From: Planctomycetota bacterium
Lineage (GTDB): Bacteria > Planctomycetota > UBA1135 > UBA2386
Length of the DNA: 64,000 nt
Direction: 5' to 3'
NCBI GenBank assembly: GCA_965228735.1
Contig: OZ245838.1
Location: 6,240,001-6,304,000 of the forward strand
The position numbers were made by a program, and so were the translations under genes. Positions 8,215 to 18,400 of this stretch are shown here, in pieces (position 1 is the first letter of the stretch; each line of letters starts with the position of its first letter). Under the pieces are notes generated by a model. That model saw nothing but the letters and a program-made list of their open reading frames with translations. It was not told where the DNA came from and did no database searches.

Positions 8215-9444
8215 ATGCCCGACGAAGGGCTCGGTGTACTGCTCCTGATCCGCATCGTCGAGCAGAACACGCCGCAGTTCTTCCGCCCCGACCGCGCGAT
8301 CCACGTGGCCCGCGCGCCGGGCCGATTGCCCGTGATCGGCGGGCTCGCGACCGGCGAATCGACGGCGGGCAGCGAGCCCGGCGAAACCGGACCGGTCGCG
8401 GTGCATCTGCCGACCGCGGAGGCCGCGTGCGTGGCGGTGCAGCGCCGCGACGACGAGTTCATGCGCGTGTGGTCGCCGGCCCAGGACGACTCGCGCACGG
8501 ATCGGTTGTCCGTCCGCCTGCAGGACCTCGGCCTGCCGAACTCGCCGATCGACTACGACGAGGCCCGGGCGTTCCTCTGGGCCGCGCCGCGCGACCGCTG
8601 GATCGCGCACGTGCTCGGCGGGGTCGTCGCCCTGGCGCGGGAGCTCGGCCACGAACTGCCGGCCGGCTTCGAGATGCTCGTCACGAGCGACATCCCGGAG
8701 GGCCGCGGTGCCGGGTCGTCGAGCGCGCTGCAGATCGCGGCGCTGCGGGCGATCGCGGCGGCGTTCGAGTACCGGCTCACGGACGACGACGTCACCGCGC
8801 TCGCGCAGCGCATCGATCGTGACATCGTGCACGCCCCGACGAGCGCCGGCACGCTCTCCGCGCTCGTGCACGCCCGCGCGGGCCAGCTGGCCGTGAGCCG
8901 CGGGGAGCGCGTGACCGGCGCGCGGCACGTCGAAGTGCCGGCGGACCTCGAGTTCGTCGGCCTCGAGCTCGGCCTCGATTCCGGTCTCGATTCCGGCCTC
9001 GATTCCGGATTTGGGCCGGCCGCCGCGGCCGAGCCCGTCAGTGCGGCCGAGGCGGCTGCCGAGTCCGAGCGCGCAGCGCGCTTCGTCGAACTGCTCGGTC
9101 AACCGCTCGAGTCGACGACCCGACAGGAGCTCGGTGATCTGCTGTTCGCCTCCCACGATTGCCGAGACCGGGGCCGCGGCCAGAGCAGTGATCGGGAGCT
9201 CGGCCGCTTCGTCGTCGACTTCGCGCGCGAACGGCGGGCGGCCGGCGCGCCGCTGATCGGCGCGACCATGGCCGGGCGCGGGGCGATCGTCGTGCTCGGC
9301 GATCAGACCAAGGCGTGGTACGAAGCGTTGCGGCTGAAGAAGGCGCTGCGCGAGAAGACCGGGCACTCGGGTCACGTGTTCCGCTACTCGTCGCCGGGTG
9401 CGGCCGCCTTCGGCGGCATTCGGCTCGACCCCGTCGGCAGCTGA
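8215..9444 (+). CDS. GHMP-family (galactokinase/L-arabinokinase-like) protein, probably catalytically degenerate
   Basis: ARAPGRL, IPEGRGAGSSSA (GHMP ATP loop), C-terminal SSPGAAAFG. The start is uncertain (8191 GTG or 8215 ATG). Confidence 0.75.
   Translation: MPDEGLGVLLLIRIVEQNTPQFFRPDRAIHVARAPGRLPVIGGLATGESTAGSEPGETGPVAVHLPTAEAACVAVQRRDDEFMRVWSPAQDDSRTDRLSVRLQDLGLPNSPIDYDEARAFLWAAPRDRWIAHVLGGVVALARELGHELPAGFEMLVTSDIPEGRGAGSSSALQIAALRAIAAAFEYRLTDDDVTALAQRIDRDIVHAPTSAGTLSALVHARAGQLAVSRGERVTGARHVEVPADLEFVGLELGLDSGLDSGLDSGFGPAAAAEPVSAAEAAAESERAARFVELLGQPLESTTRQELGDLLFASHDCRDRGRGQSSDRELGRFVVDFARERRAAGAPLIGATMAGRGAIVVLGDQTKAWYEALRLKKALREKTGHSGHVFRYSSPGAAAFGGIRLDPVGS
8959..9006 (+). repeat. 12-bp in-frame tandem repeat (GLEL, GLDS x3)
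   Basis: GGCCTCGAGCTC GGCCTCGATTCC GGTCTCGATTCC GGCCTCGATTCC. Confidence 0.8.
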
Positions 9445-9673
9445 CGAGCGCGAGAGCCGTCGCGAAACCGCGCCGGGATCAGGCGTTCGCCGGGCGCTCG
9501 AGAATGCCCCGACTTCGATGTCGTCGAAGTTTGCGAGAAGTCCTGGGGCGGGCCCTCGGGGCCGGGTCGGAGCCGCCCACGGCATCGGCGGAACCGGACC
9601 GTGGAGCGTCACCGGGGCCGTGGTGGAACGCGACCCCTGCCCTCGCCCGGCCGGTGTCCTACACTTCTGCGGT

Positions 9674-11314
9674 ATGTCCGCCCTCGTGCGAATCGCCGCG
9701 GTCCTGACGTTGCTCGCCGGCTCGGCGCTGGGGCAGGTCTTCCCGCCCGTGCCCGAACCCGCGGGCAATCCGACCACGCCGGCCAAGGCGCTGCTCGGCA
9801 AGGCGCTGTTCTGGGATGAGCAGCTGTCGTCGACGCGGACGGTCGCGTGCGGCACGTGCCACCGGTGGGACGCCGGCGGCAGCGATCCGCGCGTCACCTC
9901 GACGAACCCGGGGCCCGACGGGCTCTATGGCACGGCCGACGACATCATCGGCTCGTTCGGCGTCGTGCGGCAGGACGCGACCGGCAGCTTCGTCGCCGAT
10001 CCCGTGTTCGGCGTGCGGCGGCAGGTCACACGGCGGCGTGCCCCGTCCCCGATCAACGCGGGCTACCTCAGCGTGCTGTTCTGGGACGGTCGCGCGGATG
10101 ATGTCTATCGCGATCCCGAGACCAACCAGGTCGTGCTGCCGTCCGGTGCCGCGCTCGAGCACCAGGCTGCCGGGCCGCCGGTCAACGACGGCGAGATGGG
10201 CCACATCGGCCGGTCGTGGACCGACATCGCGCAGGACCTGCCCAGCCTCACGCCGCTCGCGCTCGCGAGCAACATCCCCGCCGCGTTGTCGACGTTCATC
10301 GGCAGCTCGAACTACGCGCAGCTGTTCCAGCAGGTCTACGGTTCGCCCGGCGTGACGCCGAATCGCATCATCTTCGCGATCGCGGCATACGAGCGGACAC
10401 TCGTGAGCGATCAGTCGCCGTTCGATCTCTGGCTCGCGGGGCAGGGGACCCTGACGCCGCAGGAGAACCAGGGACGGCAGACGTTCAACGCGCTCTGCAA
10501 GGTCTGCCACACGGACGTCGACAACGCGGTGCTGACCAACGGCCCGGTCCTCAACGACTTCCAGAACATCGGCGTGCGGCCGTTGAGTGACGATCGCGGG
10601 CGGTTCGAGGTGACGCAGGTCGTGCTCGACCAGGGCAAGTTCAAGACTCCGGGACTCCGGAACGTCGAACTGCGGGCGCCATACTTCCACAACGGCGGCA
10701 TGGCCACGCTCGCGGACGTGATGGACTTCTACGAACGCGGTGGTGACCACTTCGTCAACATCGCTCCGGAGATGTTCAACATCATCGGGGCGTTCGGTCC
10801 GTCGGCGCAGGCCGACGTCGAGGCGCTGATGCGGGCGCTCACCGATCCCCGCGTCGCGAACGGCCTGCCGCCGTTCGATCGCCCGACGCTCTGGAGCGAG
10901 ACGAGTGCCGTCCCGACGACGTTCGGCTTCGGCACCGCGGGTTCGGGCGGCATCGCACCGACCGCGATCGCGCTGCAGCCCGCGTTCCTCGGCAACCAGG
11001 GGCTGACGATCGGCGTCGACGCCACGGCGCCGGGGGCGTTCGCGTTCGTCGTCTGGGATCTGTTCAGCAACGCGTCGCCGACGAACGTCTTCGGCCACAA
11101 CGTCTACCTCGCGCAGTCGCCCGCGATGACGACGGCCGGTGTCGGCTTCACGCAGGGGAGCGGCACCGGCGGCGGCTTCGCTTCGACCACGCTCGGTCTG
11201 CCGGCCAACCCGGCGTTCGCGGGTGCGATCCTGTGGGGCCAGTGGCTCGTCGTCGATCCCGCGGGGCCCGTCGGGTTCTCGAGCTCGAATCCGTTCGGGC
11301 TGCCGCTCTTCTGA
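9674..11314 (+). CDS. Di-heme cytochrome c peroxidase/MauG-family protein with C-terminal beta-rich extension
   Basis: Signal peptide; GNPTTPAKALLGKALFWDEQLS, CGTCH, FWDGRA, CKVCH, FKTPGLRNVELRAPYFHNG. Confidence 0.9.
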   Translation: MSALVRIAAVLTLLAGSALGQVFPPVPEPAGNPTTPAKALLGKALFWDEQLSSTRTVACGTCHRWDAGGSDPRVTSTNPGPDGLYGTADDIIGSFGVVRQDATGSFVADPVFGVRRQVTRRRAPSPINAGYLSVLFWDGRADDVYRDPETNQVVLPSGAALEHQAAGPPVNDGEMGHIGRSWTDIAQDLPSLTPLALASNIPAALSTFIGSSNYAQLFQQVYGSPGVTPNRIIFAIAAYERTLVSDQSPFDLWLAGQGTLTPQENQGRQTFNALCKVCHTDVDNAVLTNGPVLNDFQNIGVRPLSDDRGRFEVTQVVLDQGKFKTPGLRNVELRAPYFHNGGMATLADVMDFYERGGDHFVNIAPEMFNIIGAFGPSAQADVEALMRALTDPRVANGLPPFDRPTLWSETSAVPTTFGFGTAGSGGIAPTAIALQPAFLGNQGLTIGVDATAPGAFAFVVWDLFSNASPTNVFGHNVYLAQSPAMTTAGVGFTQGSGTGGGFASTTLGLPANPAFAGAILWGQWLVVDPAGPVGFSSSNPFGLPLF

Positions 11315-11336
11315 GAGCTGTCACCGACGCGCGGGT

Positions 11337-12506
11337 TCACGCCCGCTCGAGCAGCGTGACCGCCTCGACGTGCTCGGTGTGCGGGAAGAGGTCGCACAAG
11401 CGCACGGCGCGCACCCGGTAGTTCGGTACGAGCCGGGCCAGGTCGTTCGCGAGCGAGTCGAGCGCGCACGAAACGAGGAGCACGCGCTCGGGCATGCCGC
11501 CGAGGATCGCGGCCGCGCCGGCCTCTTCGAGGCCCTTGCGCGGCGGGTCGACGACGAGGACGTCGCACGGTGGCAGGGCGCCGTTGCCGAACCGTTCTTC
11601 GACGACGCAGTCTTCGTCCTGGCCGAGCGCGCCGAGGTTGTGGCGCGCGTCGGCGCATGCCGAGGGCGAGCTCTCGATCAGCGTCACGCGTTCGGCGCCC
11701 GCGCGCAGCAGGCGGGCGCCGAACGCGCCGACGCCGCCGTAGCCGTCGACGACGGTCGCGCCCGCGACGTCGCCGAGCATCGCGAGCGCCGGGCGGAACA
11801 GGATCGCGTCGCTGTAGCGGTTCTGCTGGTAGAAGCTCGTGAACGACACCCGCAACTCGAGTTCAGAGACGCGGTCGACCTGCCACGTGCGGCCGCGCGG
11901 CGCCGTGGTGTCCCGGCCGAGCAACGCGTTCCCGCGGTCGGCGTTGACGTTGATCGCGACGCCGACGGGCTGCAGCGGTCGGCCCTGATCGTCGCGCAGG
12001 TTCTGCGCGGCCCGCCACAGGCCTTCGGCGAGGCGTTCTCTTTCGGGAAAGTCGCGTCGCGTGACGACGACCCCGAGCAGCAGCTCGCCCGTGCCCGGCA
12101 TCACGCGCGCGCGGAATGCGCGGACGATGCCGGCGTGCCGATCTTCGTCGTACGGTGCGACCCGGACGTCCTGCAGGACCGCGCCGGCCCGCACGCCGAG
12201 CTCCGTGAGCGCCTTGTGCTGGATCCGGCAGTCCGTGATCTCCTCGATCACGTGGCTGCCGCGCCGGTAGATCCCGAGCGCCGGCTCGCGATTCCGCCCG
12301 CGCGGCTGGACGGGGTAGAGGATCGAGGTCCGGTCGTGTCGCGGCGGCCGCGGCGGTAGCGCGATTTCGGGCTCGAGGCCCGCATCGGCGAGGAACGGCC
12401 GCAACAAATCCCGGGCCCGGGCCCGCTTTGCTGCGAGTTGTTCGCCGATGTCGACGTCGAGCGCCGAACAGCCCCCGCAACGACCAAAGTGCTGACAGTG
12501 CAGCAT
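11337..12506 (-). CDS. rlmD: 23S rRNA (uracil-5)-methyltransferase, RlmD/RumA family (no TRAM domain)
   Basis: Fe-S ligands CQHFGRCGGC, SFYQQN, SAM motif DGYGGVG, VDPPRKGL, catalytic VSC, DLFPHTEHVE. Confidence 0.85.
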   Translation of the reverse strand: MLHCQHFGRCGGCSALDVDIGEQLAAKRARARDLLRPFLADAGLEPEIALPPRPPRHDRTSILYPVQPRGRNREPALGIYRRGSHVIEEITDCRIQHKALTELGVRAGAVLQDVRVAPYDEDRHAGIVRAFRARVMPGTGELLLGVVVTRRDFPERERLAEGLWRAAQNLRDDQGRPLQPVGVAINVNADRGNALLGRDTTAPRGRTWQVDRVSELELRVSFTSFYQQNRYSDAILFRPALAMLGDVAGATVVDGYGGVGAFGARLLRAGAERVTLIESSPSACADARHNLGALGQDEDCVVEERFGNGALPPCDVLVVDPPRKGLEEAGAAAILGGMPERVLLVSCALDSLANDLARLVPNYRVRAVRLCDLFPHTEHVEAVTLLERA

Positions 12507-12513
12507 GGGTGGC

Positions 12514-12526
12514 AGGCTACTACAAT
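12514..12526. promoter_or_regulatory. Putative back-to-back -10 boxes of a compact divergent promoter
   Basis: Minus-strand TAGCCT lies 7 nt before the rlmD ATG; plus-strand TACAAT lies 9 nt before the kinase GTG; 29 bp separate the two starts. Confidence 0.55.
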
Positions 12527-12535
12527 GACCCCGCG

Positions 12536-14374
12536 GTGAGCGAACGAGCTGACAACCCGAATCCACAACCTGCCGGTGGCGGCGCCAGTGGCGCCGCCGA
12601 TTGGGAGGCGTTCTACCGCAGCTACCGCAAGCCGGGCTACGTCCCGGGGTTCGAGATCACGATGAAGCTCGGTGGCGGCGCCTGCGGACTCGTGTTCAAG
12701 GCCCGCAAGGAATCGATCGGCAAGGACTACGCGATCAAGTTCCTGCAGGTCGACGACACGGCCGTGCGCGAGGCCGTGTTCCGTGAGCTCGATCAGGTGC
12801 GCTACTTCGCCCAGATCGACCACCCCAACCTCGTGCAGATCGAGGACCGCGGCGAGGTCGACGGCATCCCGTATCTCGTGATGCAGTACGCGGGCAGCGA
12901 GACGCTGCGCGATCGGGTGACCGACGGCGGCCCCGCCGGTCCGGCCGAACGGGACGAGGTCCTGCAGCTGTTCTTGCAGGTCTGCCGCGGCGTCGCGGCG
13001 CTGCACGAACGCGCGCTCGTGCACTTCGACCTCAAACCGGCCAACGTATTCCTCAAGGGCTCGGTCGCGCGCGTCGGCGACTACGGCCTGAGCAAGCTGG
13101 TCTCGCATTCGCGCGGCAGCCTGTCGATGGGGCGCGGCACGCCCTACTACATGGCGCCCGAGATCCTGCAGCGGCGCGGCGATCAGCGCAGCGACATCTA
13201 CTCGCTCGGCGTCATGCTCTACGAGCTGCTCACGGGGAACGTGCCGTTCCGCGGGGACAGCGAGTGGGAGGTGCTGCACCAGCACGAGAACGTCGAGCCG
13301 GAGTGGCCGGCGCACCTGCGGCCGGCCGACCGCGCCGTTCTGCGGCGGTGTTTGAGCAAGGCGCCGAGTGCGCGGTTCGAGTCGGTCGAGCAACTCATCA
13401 CGGCACTGGCGCAGGGGCGTGCGCCAGCCGGTATCGCAGCGGCCGAGCGACGCGTCGTGCCGCCACCGTTGCCGAGCGCTCGCGGTCGGTCCGTGCCGGT
13501 GCCGCCGCCGTTGCCGACGGCCGCGGCCACAGCGTCCGCTGGCCCGGTGCCCCCGCCTCCGCCCTCGGCCTCGCCCTCTGGCACGACACCGGCCAGCGGG
13601 CCGGAGTGGCGGCGGGCGCCGGCTTCGATCCAGCCGCCGCCGCCGCCGGCCGACGCCGCCAGCGCGGGACTGCAGCCGCCGCCGTTGCCGAAGCGGAGCA
13701 GCCGGCGCCGCAGCTCGAACCGCCGCGGCAGTCCGTTCGCGATCCTCGTGCCGCTGTTGTTGGTCGTGGTCGGTGCCTTCCTGTTCGTCGCGAACCGGGC
13801 CGCCGATCGCCCACACGCATCTTCGGTGCGCTCGGCGCAGAACTACGTCCTTGCCGAGCACGGCGACGGCTCGGCGCGCGGCGGCCACATCAAGTCGCGG
13901 CTCGACTCGTTCGTGAAGCGGGCGCGGCAGCGCGTGCGTTCGGCCGAGCGGCGCCGGCGGTCCGCGGACCTGCAGGGGCTGCCGTGGCAGCAGCTCGGCG
14001 CCCCCGGCAACATGCCCGTCTACATGAGCATGGTCGAGCGCATCGCCGAGGCGCCGCGGTTCTCCACCGGTCATGCGCTGCGACTCGAACGCGAAGGCCG
14101 GCCGATCTTCCTCGCAGCGGTCGCGATGCTGCAGGAATACGACTACGGCGACGGGGAGGACTGTCGGCGCGCGTCGCACACGACGGAGCTGCTCGTGCAC
14201 CTCACTGGCCTGAGCGGGTTGCGCATCCAGTGGGACGCGTTCGAGCCAGAACGCGCCGAGACGTGCCGCTTCGCCGCCGTCGCGGACGCGTGGCGCGAGC
14301 TGGCCGAGGAGTTCGCGGCCTCGGATGACGCCTACCGTCGGTTGCGCGCCGCCGGGGGGCGCGGGCGTGGCTGA
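12536..14374 (+). CDS. Ser/Thr protein kinase (non-RD: HFD, DYG) with Pro-rich linker, TM and C-terminal domain
   Basis: LGGGACGLVF, YAIK, HFDLKPAN, DYG, GTPYYMAPE, DIYSLG; TM ILVPLLLVVVGAFLFV. Confidence 0.9.
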   Translation: MSERADNPNPQPAGGGASGAADWEAFYRSYRKPGYVPGFEITMKLGGGACGLVFKARKESIGKDYAIKFLQVDDTAVREAVFRELDQVRYFAQIDHPNLVQIEDRGEVDGIPYLVMQYAGSETLRDRVTDGGPAGPAERDEVLQLFLQVCRGVAALHERALVHFDLKPANVFLKGSVARVGDYGLSKLVSHSRGSLSMGRGTPYYMAPEILQRRGDQRSDIYSLGVMLYELLTGNVPFRGDSEWEVLHQHENVEPEWPAHLRPADRAVLRRCLSKAPSARFESVEQLITALAQGRAPAGIAAAERRVVPPPLPSARGRSVPVPPPLPTAAATASAGPVPPPPPSASPSGTTPASGPEWRRAPASIQPPPPPADAASAGLQPPPLPKRSSRRRSSNRRGSPFAILVPLLLVVVGAFLFVANRAADRPHASSVRSAQNYVLAEHGDGSARGGHIKSRLDSFVKRARQRVRSAERRRRSADLQGLPWQQLGAPGNMPVYMSMVERIAEAPRFSTGHALRLEREGRPIFLAAVAMLQEYDYGDGEDCRRASHTTELLVHLTGLSGLRIQWDAFEPERAETCRFAAVADAWRELAEEFAASDDAYRRLRAAGGRGRG

Positions 14375-15002
14375 CGCGCGGTTGGACCTCCGAGACTTCG
14401 TCTGCGTCTGTGCGGCGCCCCTCGAGGGCGAGGCGCTCGCGGACCGCGGCGTCGAGATCACGACTCTCGGGGTCGGCAAGACCCGCGCGGCGTTGTCGAT
14501 GCTCACGCTCCTGCAGCGGCAACCCGAGGTCCGGGGCGTGCTGCTCTTCGGCGTCGCGGGCGCGGCCCGATCGAGCAGGCTCGCGCCGGGCTCGATCTGC
14601 GTCGTCGGCTCGGAGTCGTTCGGGGACGAGGGCGTGCTCGCACCGGACGGCTTTCAGGACATCGCCGCGCTGGGACTCGGCGAGGTCGGCCCGTTCGAGC
14701 TGCCGCCCGACCTCGCTGCCGCGGCGGCCGGCCGGCTCGGTGTCGAAGTCGTGCACGGCACGACCGTGAGCACGTGCAGCGGCACGGACCCGGTGGCCGC
14801 CGCCGTGACGGCGCGGACCGGCGCCGCGGTCGAGACGATGGAAGGTGCCGCGGTCGCACTCGCCTGCCGCGAGCGCGGCGTACCGCTGCTGCAGATCCGC
14901 GCGATCAGCAACTGGCTCGGTGACCGCGACCGGGCCGGGTGGGATCTGCCCGGCGCGGTACAGTCCGTCCAGCGCGCCGTGGTGACGCTGTTGACGAACT
15001 GA
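14367..15002 (+). CDS. mqnB: Futalosine hydrolase (PNP/MTAN fold)
   Basis: GVGK, LFGVAGA, FGDEGVLAPDGF, TVSTCSGT, ETMEGAAVA, IRAISN...RDRAGWDL. Confidence 0.85.
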   Translation: MADARLDLRDFVCVCAAPLEGEALADRGVEITTLGVGKTRAALSMLTLLQRQPEVRGVLLFGVAGAARSSRLAPGSICVVGSESFGDEGVLAPDGFQDIAALGLGEVGPFELPPDLAAAAAGRLGVEVVHGTTVSTCSGTDPVAAAVTARTGAAVETMEGAAVALACRERGVPLLQIRAISNWLGDRDRAGWDLPGAVQSVQRAVVTLLTN

Positions 15003-15029
15003 TGAACCGACGGACTGGGGAGGACGGGG

Positions 15030-15494
15030 TCAGCGGTGCAGCGGCAGCGAGCCGCGGACCGTCCCGGCGTCGGTCTCGATCTCGACCCAGAACGCCGCGG
15101 CATCGGTGAGAGGGTCGGGGACCTCGGCGTGACCGTGCAGCGTCGAGTCGCCCGAGCGCGAGAGCTGGCCCTTGCGCGAGCCCTTGCCGTCCTCGGCGCC
15201 GACCCAGCCGCGGCACGCGTCCGGCAGCGTCGCGTCCGTGGCGAACTGGAGGTCGAACGCGAGCTCGGCGCCAGCAGTGACGTCGTTGTACTGCGTGACC
15301 TCGAACTCGAAGGAGCCGACGGTCAGCTTGCCGAGGGCGTGGCCGTCGCCGTGGTCGTTGGCCATCCCCGAGCCGCCATCATCGGAGTTGCTGGTGCCGC
15401 CGGCGTTGCCGGGGTCGCTCGGGGTTTCGGCGGTGCACGCGGGAAACAGCGTGGCCACGGCGAGGCAGAGAAGGGTGGAGAGTCGCTTGGTCAT
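15030..15494 (-). CDS. His-containing lipoprotein, putative metal-binding accessory of the RND pump
   Basis: C-terminal part of ORF 15030..17057: MTKRLSTLLCLAVATLFPA-C, HGDGH, LHGHAE; ATGA overlap with the RND gene stop. Confidence 0.7.
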   Translation of the reverse strand: MTKRLSTLLCLAVATLFPACTAETPSDPGNAGGTSNSDDGGSGMANDHGDGHALGKLTVGSFEFEVTQYNDVTAGAELAFDLQFATDATLPDACRGWVGAEDGKGSRKGQLSRSGDSTLHGHAEVPDPLTDAAAFWVEIETDAGTVRGSLPLHR

Positions 15495-18400
15495 GACGGT
15501 TGGTTGGAACGGAACAGGAGGGCGAAACCCGCGGGCACGACGATCAGGTTGAGGAGCGTCGAGGTCACGAGGCCGCCGAGGACGACGATGGAGAGCGGCG
15601 CGAGGATCTCGCTGCCGGGCTGACCCGCGGCGAGCGCGAGCGGCAGCAGGCCGAGCGCGGCGGTCAGGGCGGTCATGAGGATCGGCACGAGGCGTTCGCG
15701 CGCGCCGCGCACGATCGTCTCGTCGAACGGCACGCCTTGGGCGAGCAGATCGAGGTAGTGCCGCACGAGCAGGATGCCGTTGCGGGCGGCGATGCCGAAC
15801 AGCGTGACGAAGCCGACCATGCTCGCGATCGAGACGACGGGTTCTTGGTAGCGGCCGCCGCCGAGCCCGAACAGCGCGAGCGTGTTGCCGAACACGGACT
15901 CCGAGCCGGCGAGGTAGATGGCCGTGATGCCGCCGATCAGCGCCAGCGGCAGGTTGACCATCACGAGCAGCGCGGCCTTCACCGACCCGAGTGCCTGGGT
16001 CAGCAGCACGAGCATCACGAGCACGACGGCGCCGCCCATCCAGAAGATCGTTCGGCTCGCGGAGCGCTGGGCCTCGAACTGGCCGCCGAAATCGACGGCG
16101 TAGCCCTCTTCGACGACCGCCGGTGTCACGCGCGCACGGAGCTCGTCCACGACGGAGCCGAGGTTGAAGCCGTCGGCGATGTTGCACGACACGACGGCCT
16201 TGCGCCGGGTGTTCTCCCGCGTGATGAGGTTGGACGAGCGTTCGAGTTCGACCGCGGCGACGTCGCGCAGGCGGACGCGGGTGCCGGTGCTGCCGGTCAG
16301 CACGAGGTCCGCGACCTGCTCGAATCGTTGCCGCTCGTCCGGGTGCAGCCGGACCGTCAGGGCGATGCGACGCGGGCCGTCGTTGATGTCGGCGACGGTG
16401 ATGCCGCGCAGGGCGGCCTCGACCTGCTCGGCGGCCGAACGTGGGGTCAGCCCGGCCGCGGCGAGGCGCGCATGGTCGTAGCGCACCGGCAGCGACGTGA
16501 TGACCACCTCGCGCTGCGCGTTCACGTCGCGCGTTCCCGGCACGCTGCGGGCGATCGTCGCGACCTCCTGCGCGAGCTGGCGCAGCACGCCGAGGTCGTT
16601 GCCGCGGATGTCGATCGCGACCGCCGCGGGCGTGCCGGAGAGCACGTGCGACAGCCGATGTTCGATCGGTTGGCCGACCTGCGTCGTCACGCCGGGCACG
16701 TCCTCGAGCACGGCGTCGATCGCGGCCCGCACCGCGCTCTTCTTCGCGCCGGGTTCGAGAACGACCTCGACCTCGGAGCTGCTCACGGGTTCGGCGTGCT
16801 CGTCGCGTTCGGCGCGGCCGGTGCGGCGCACGACCGAGCGCACGCCGTCGATCTGTGTGAGGCGGACCTCGATGCCCGCGGCCAGGCGGTTGCTGGCCGC
16901 GAGCGACGTGCCGGGTGGGGCCATCAAGAACACGGTGAACGTGCCTTCGTTGAACTCGGGCAGGAAGCTCGTCCCGAACGTGCGCAGCAGGCCCAGACAC
17001 AAGAGGAGCGCGCCCGCACTCGCGATCAGCAGCTTGCGCGGGTTCTGCAGGCTCCACCGCAGTGTTGGTGTGTAGGCGCGGTCGATGTGGCGCACGAGGA
17101 AGCCGTCGCCGTGGCGGCCCGGCCGCACGCGGCGCAGCAGCAGGCGGCAGAGGACCGGCGTCACGGTCAGCGCGACGATCAACGACGCCATCGTCGAGAC
17201 GATGTAGGCGATCCCGAGCGGGCGGAAGAACCGACCTTCGAGCCCCGCGAGGAACAGGAGCGGCACGAAGACCATCGCGATGATGACGGTCGCGAACACC
17301 ATCGGGCTGCGGATCTCGTTGCTCGCCGCGAGCACGACCTTGCCGACGCCCAGGCGTTCGTTGGCCGGCAGCGTCGCGTTCTCGCGCAGCCGGCGCAGCA
17401 CGTTCTCGACGTCGATGATCGCGTCGTCGACGAGCTCGCCGATCGCGACCGCGAGGCCGCCGAGCGTCATCACGTTGATGGACTGACCGAGCAGGCTCAG
17501 CGTCAGGATCGCGGTCGCGAGGCTCAGCGGAATGGCTAGCAGCGTGATCACCGTCGTGCGCAGATCGAGCAGGAAGAGCACGAGGACGAGCGCGACGATG
17601 ATCGCGGCGTCGATGAGCACCGACAGGACGTTGTTGACCGACAACGAGATGAAATCCGCCTGTCGCATGACGTGGCGGTTCACGGCCATGCCGCTCGGCA
17701 GCGTCGGTTCGATCTCGTCGAGGCGCCGGTCGATGGCTGCCGTGAGCGCGAGCGTGTTCGTGCCGGGCGATTTCTGCACGGAGAGGACGACCGCCGGCCG
17801 GCCGGCGTCGGCGCCAGCGCCTCGGCGCGGGGTCGGACCGAGCACGACGTCGGCGACCTGTCCGATGGTGACGGGGGCGCCCTCGTGGATCCGCACGACG
17901 GTGCGCTCGATGTCGGCTACGGAACGCACCCGGCTCGTCTGGCGGATCGGCAGCTCGACCCCGTCGACGTCGGGCAGGTAGCCGGCGCCGGCCGCGCTGT
18001 GCGCCGTGCGCGCGGCTGCCGCGATGTCGGAGATCGTGAGATCGAAGGGCAGCAGGTCGTGCGGCCGCACGAGCACCTGATATTCGGGCAGCTCCCCGCC
18101 GATCGCGACGACCTGCGCGACCCCCGGCACCGCGAGGAGTTCGTTGCGCAATTCGAACTCGGCATGGCTCCGCAGTTCCATCGGTGAACGCGAGCCGTCC
18201 GGCGACGAGAGCGAGAACAGCATGATCTCGCCGGTGATCGAGGTGACCGGCGTGATCTCCGCGTGCGCGTCGGGCGGCAGGACTTCACGGACCACGTTGA
18301 GGCGTTCGCCGACGAGCGTGCGCGCACGATAGATGTCCTGGCCCCACTCGAACTCGACCCACAGCAGCGACAGCCCGATCGAGCTCGCGCTGCGCACGCG

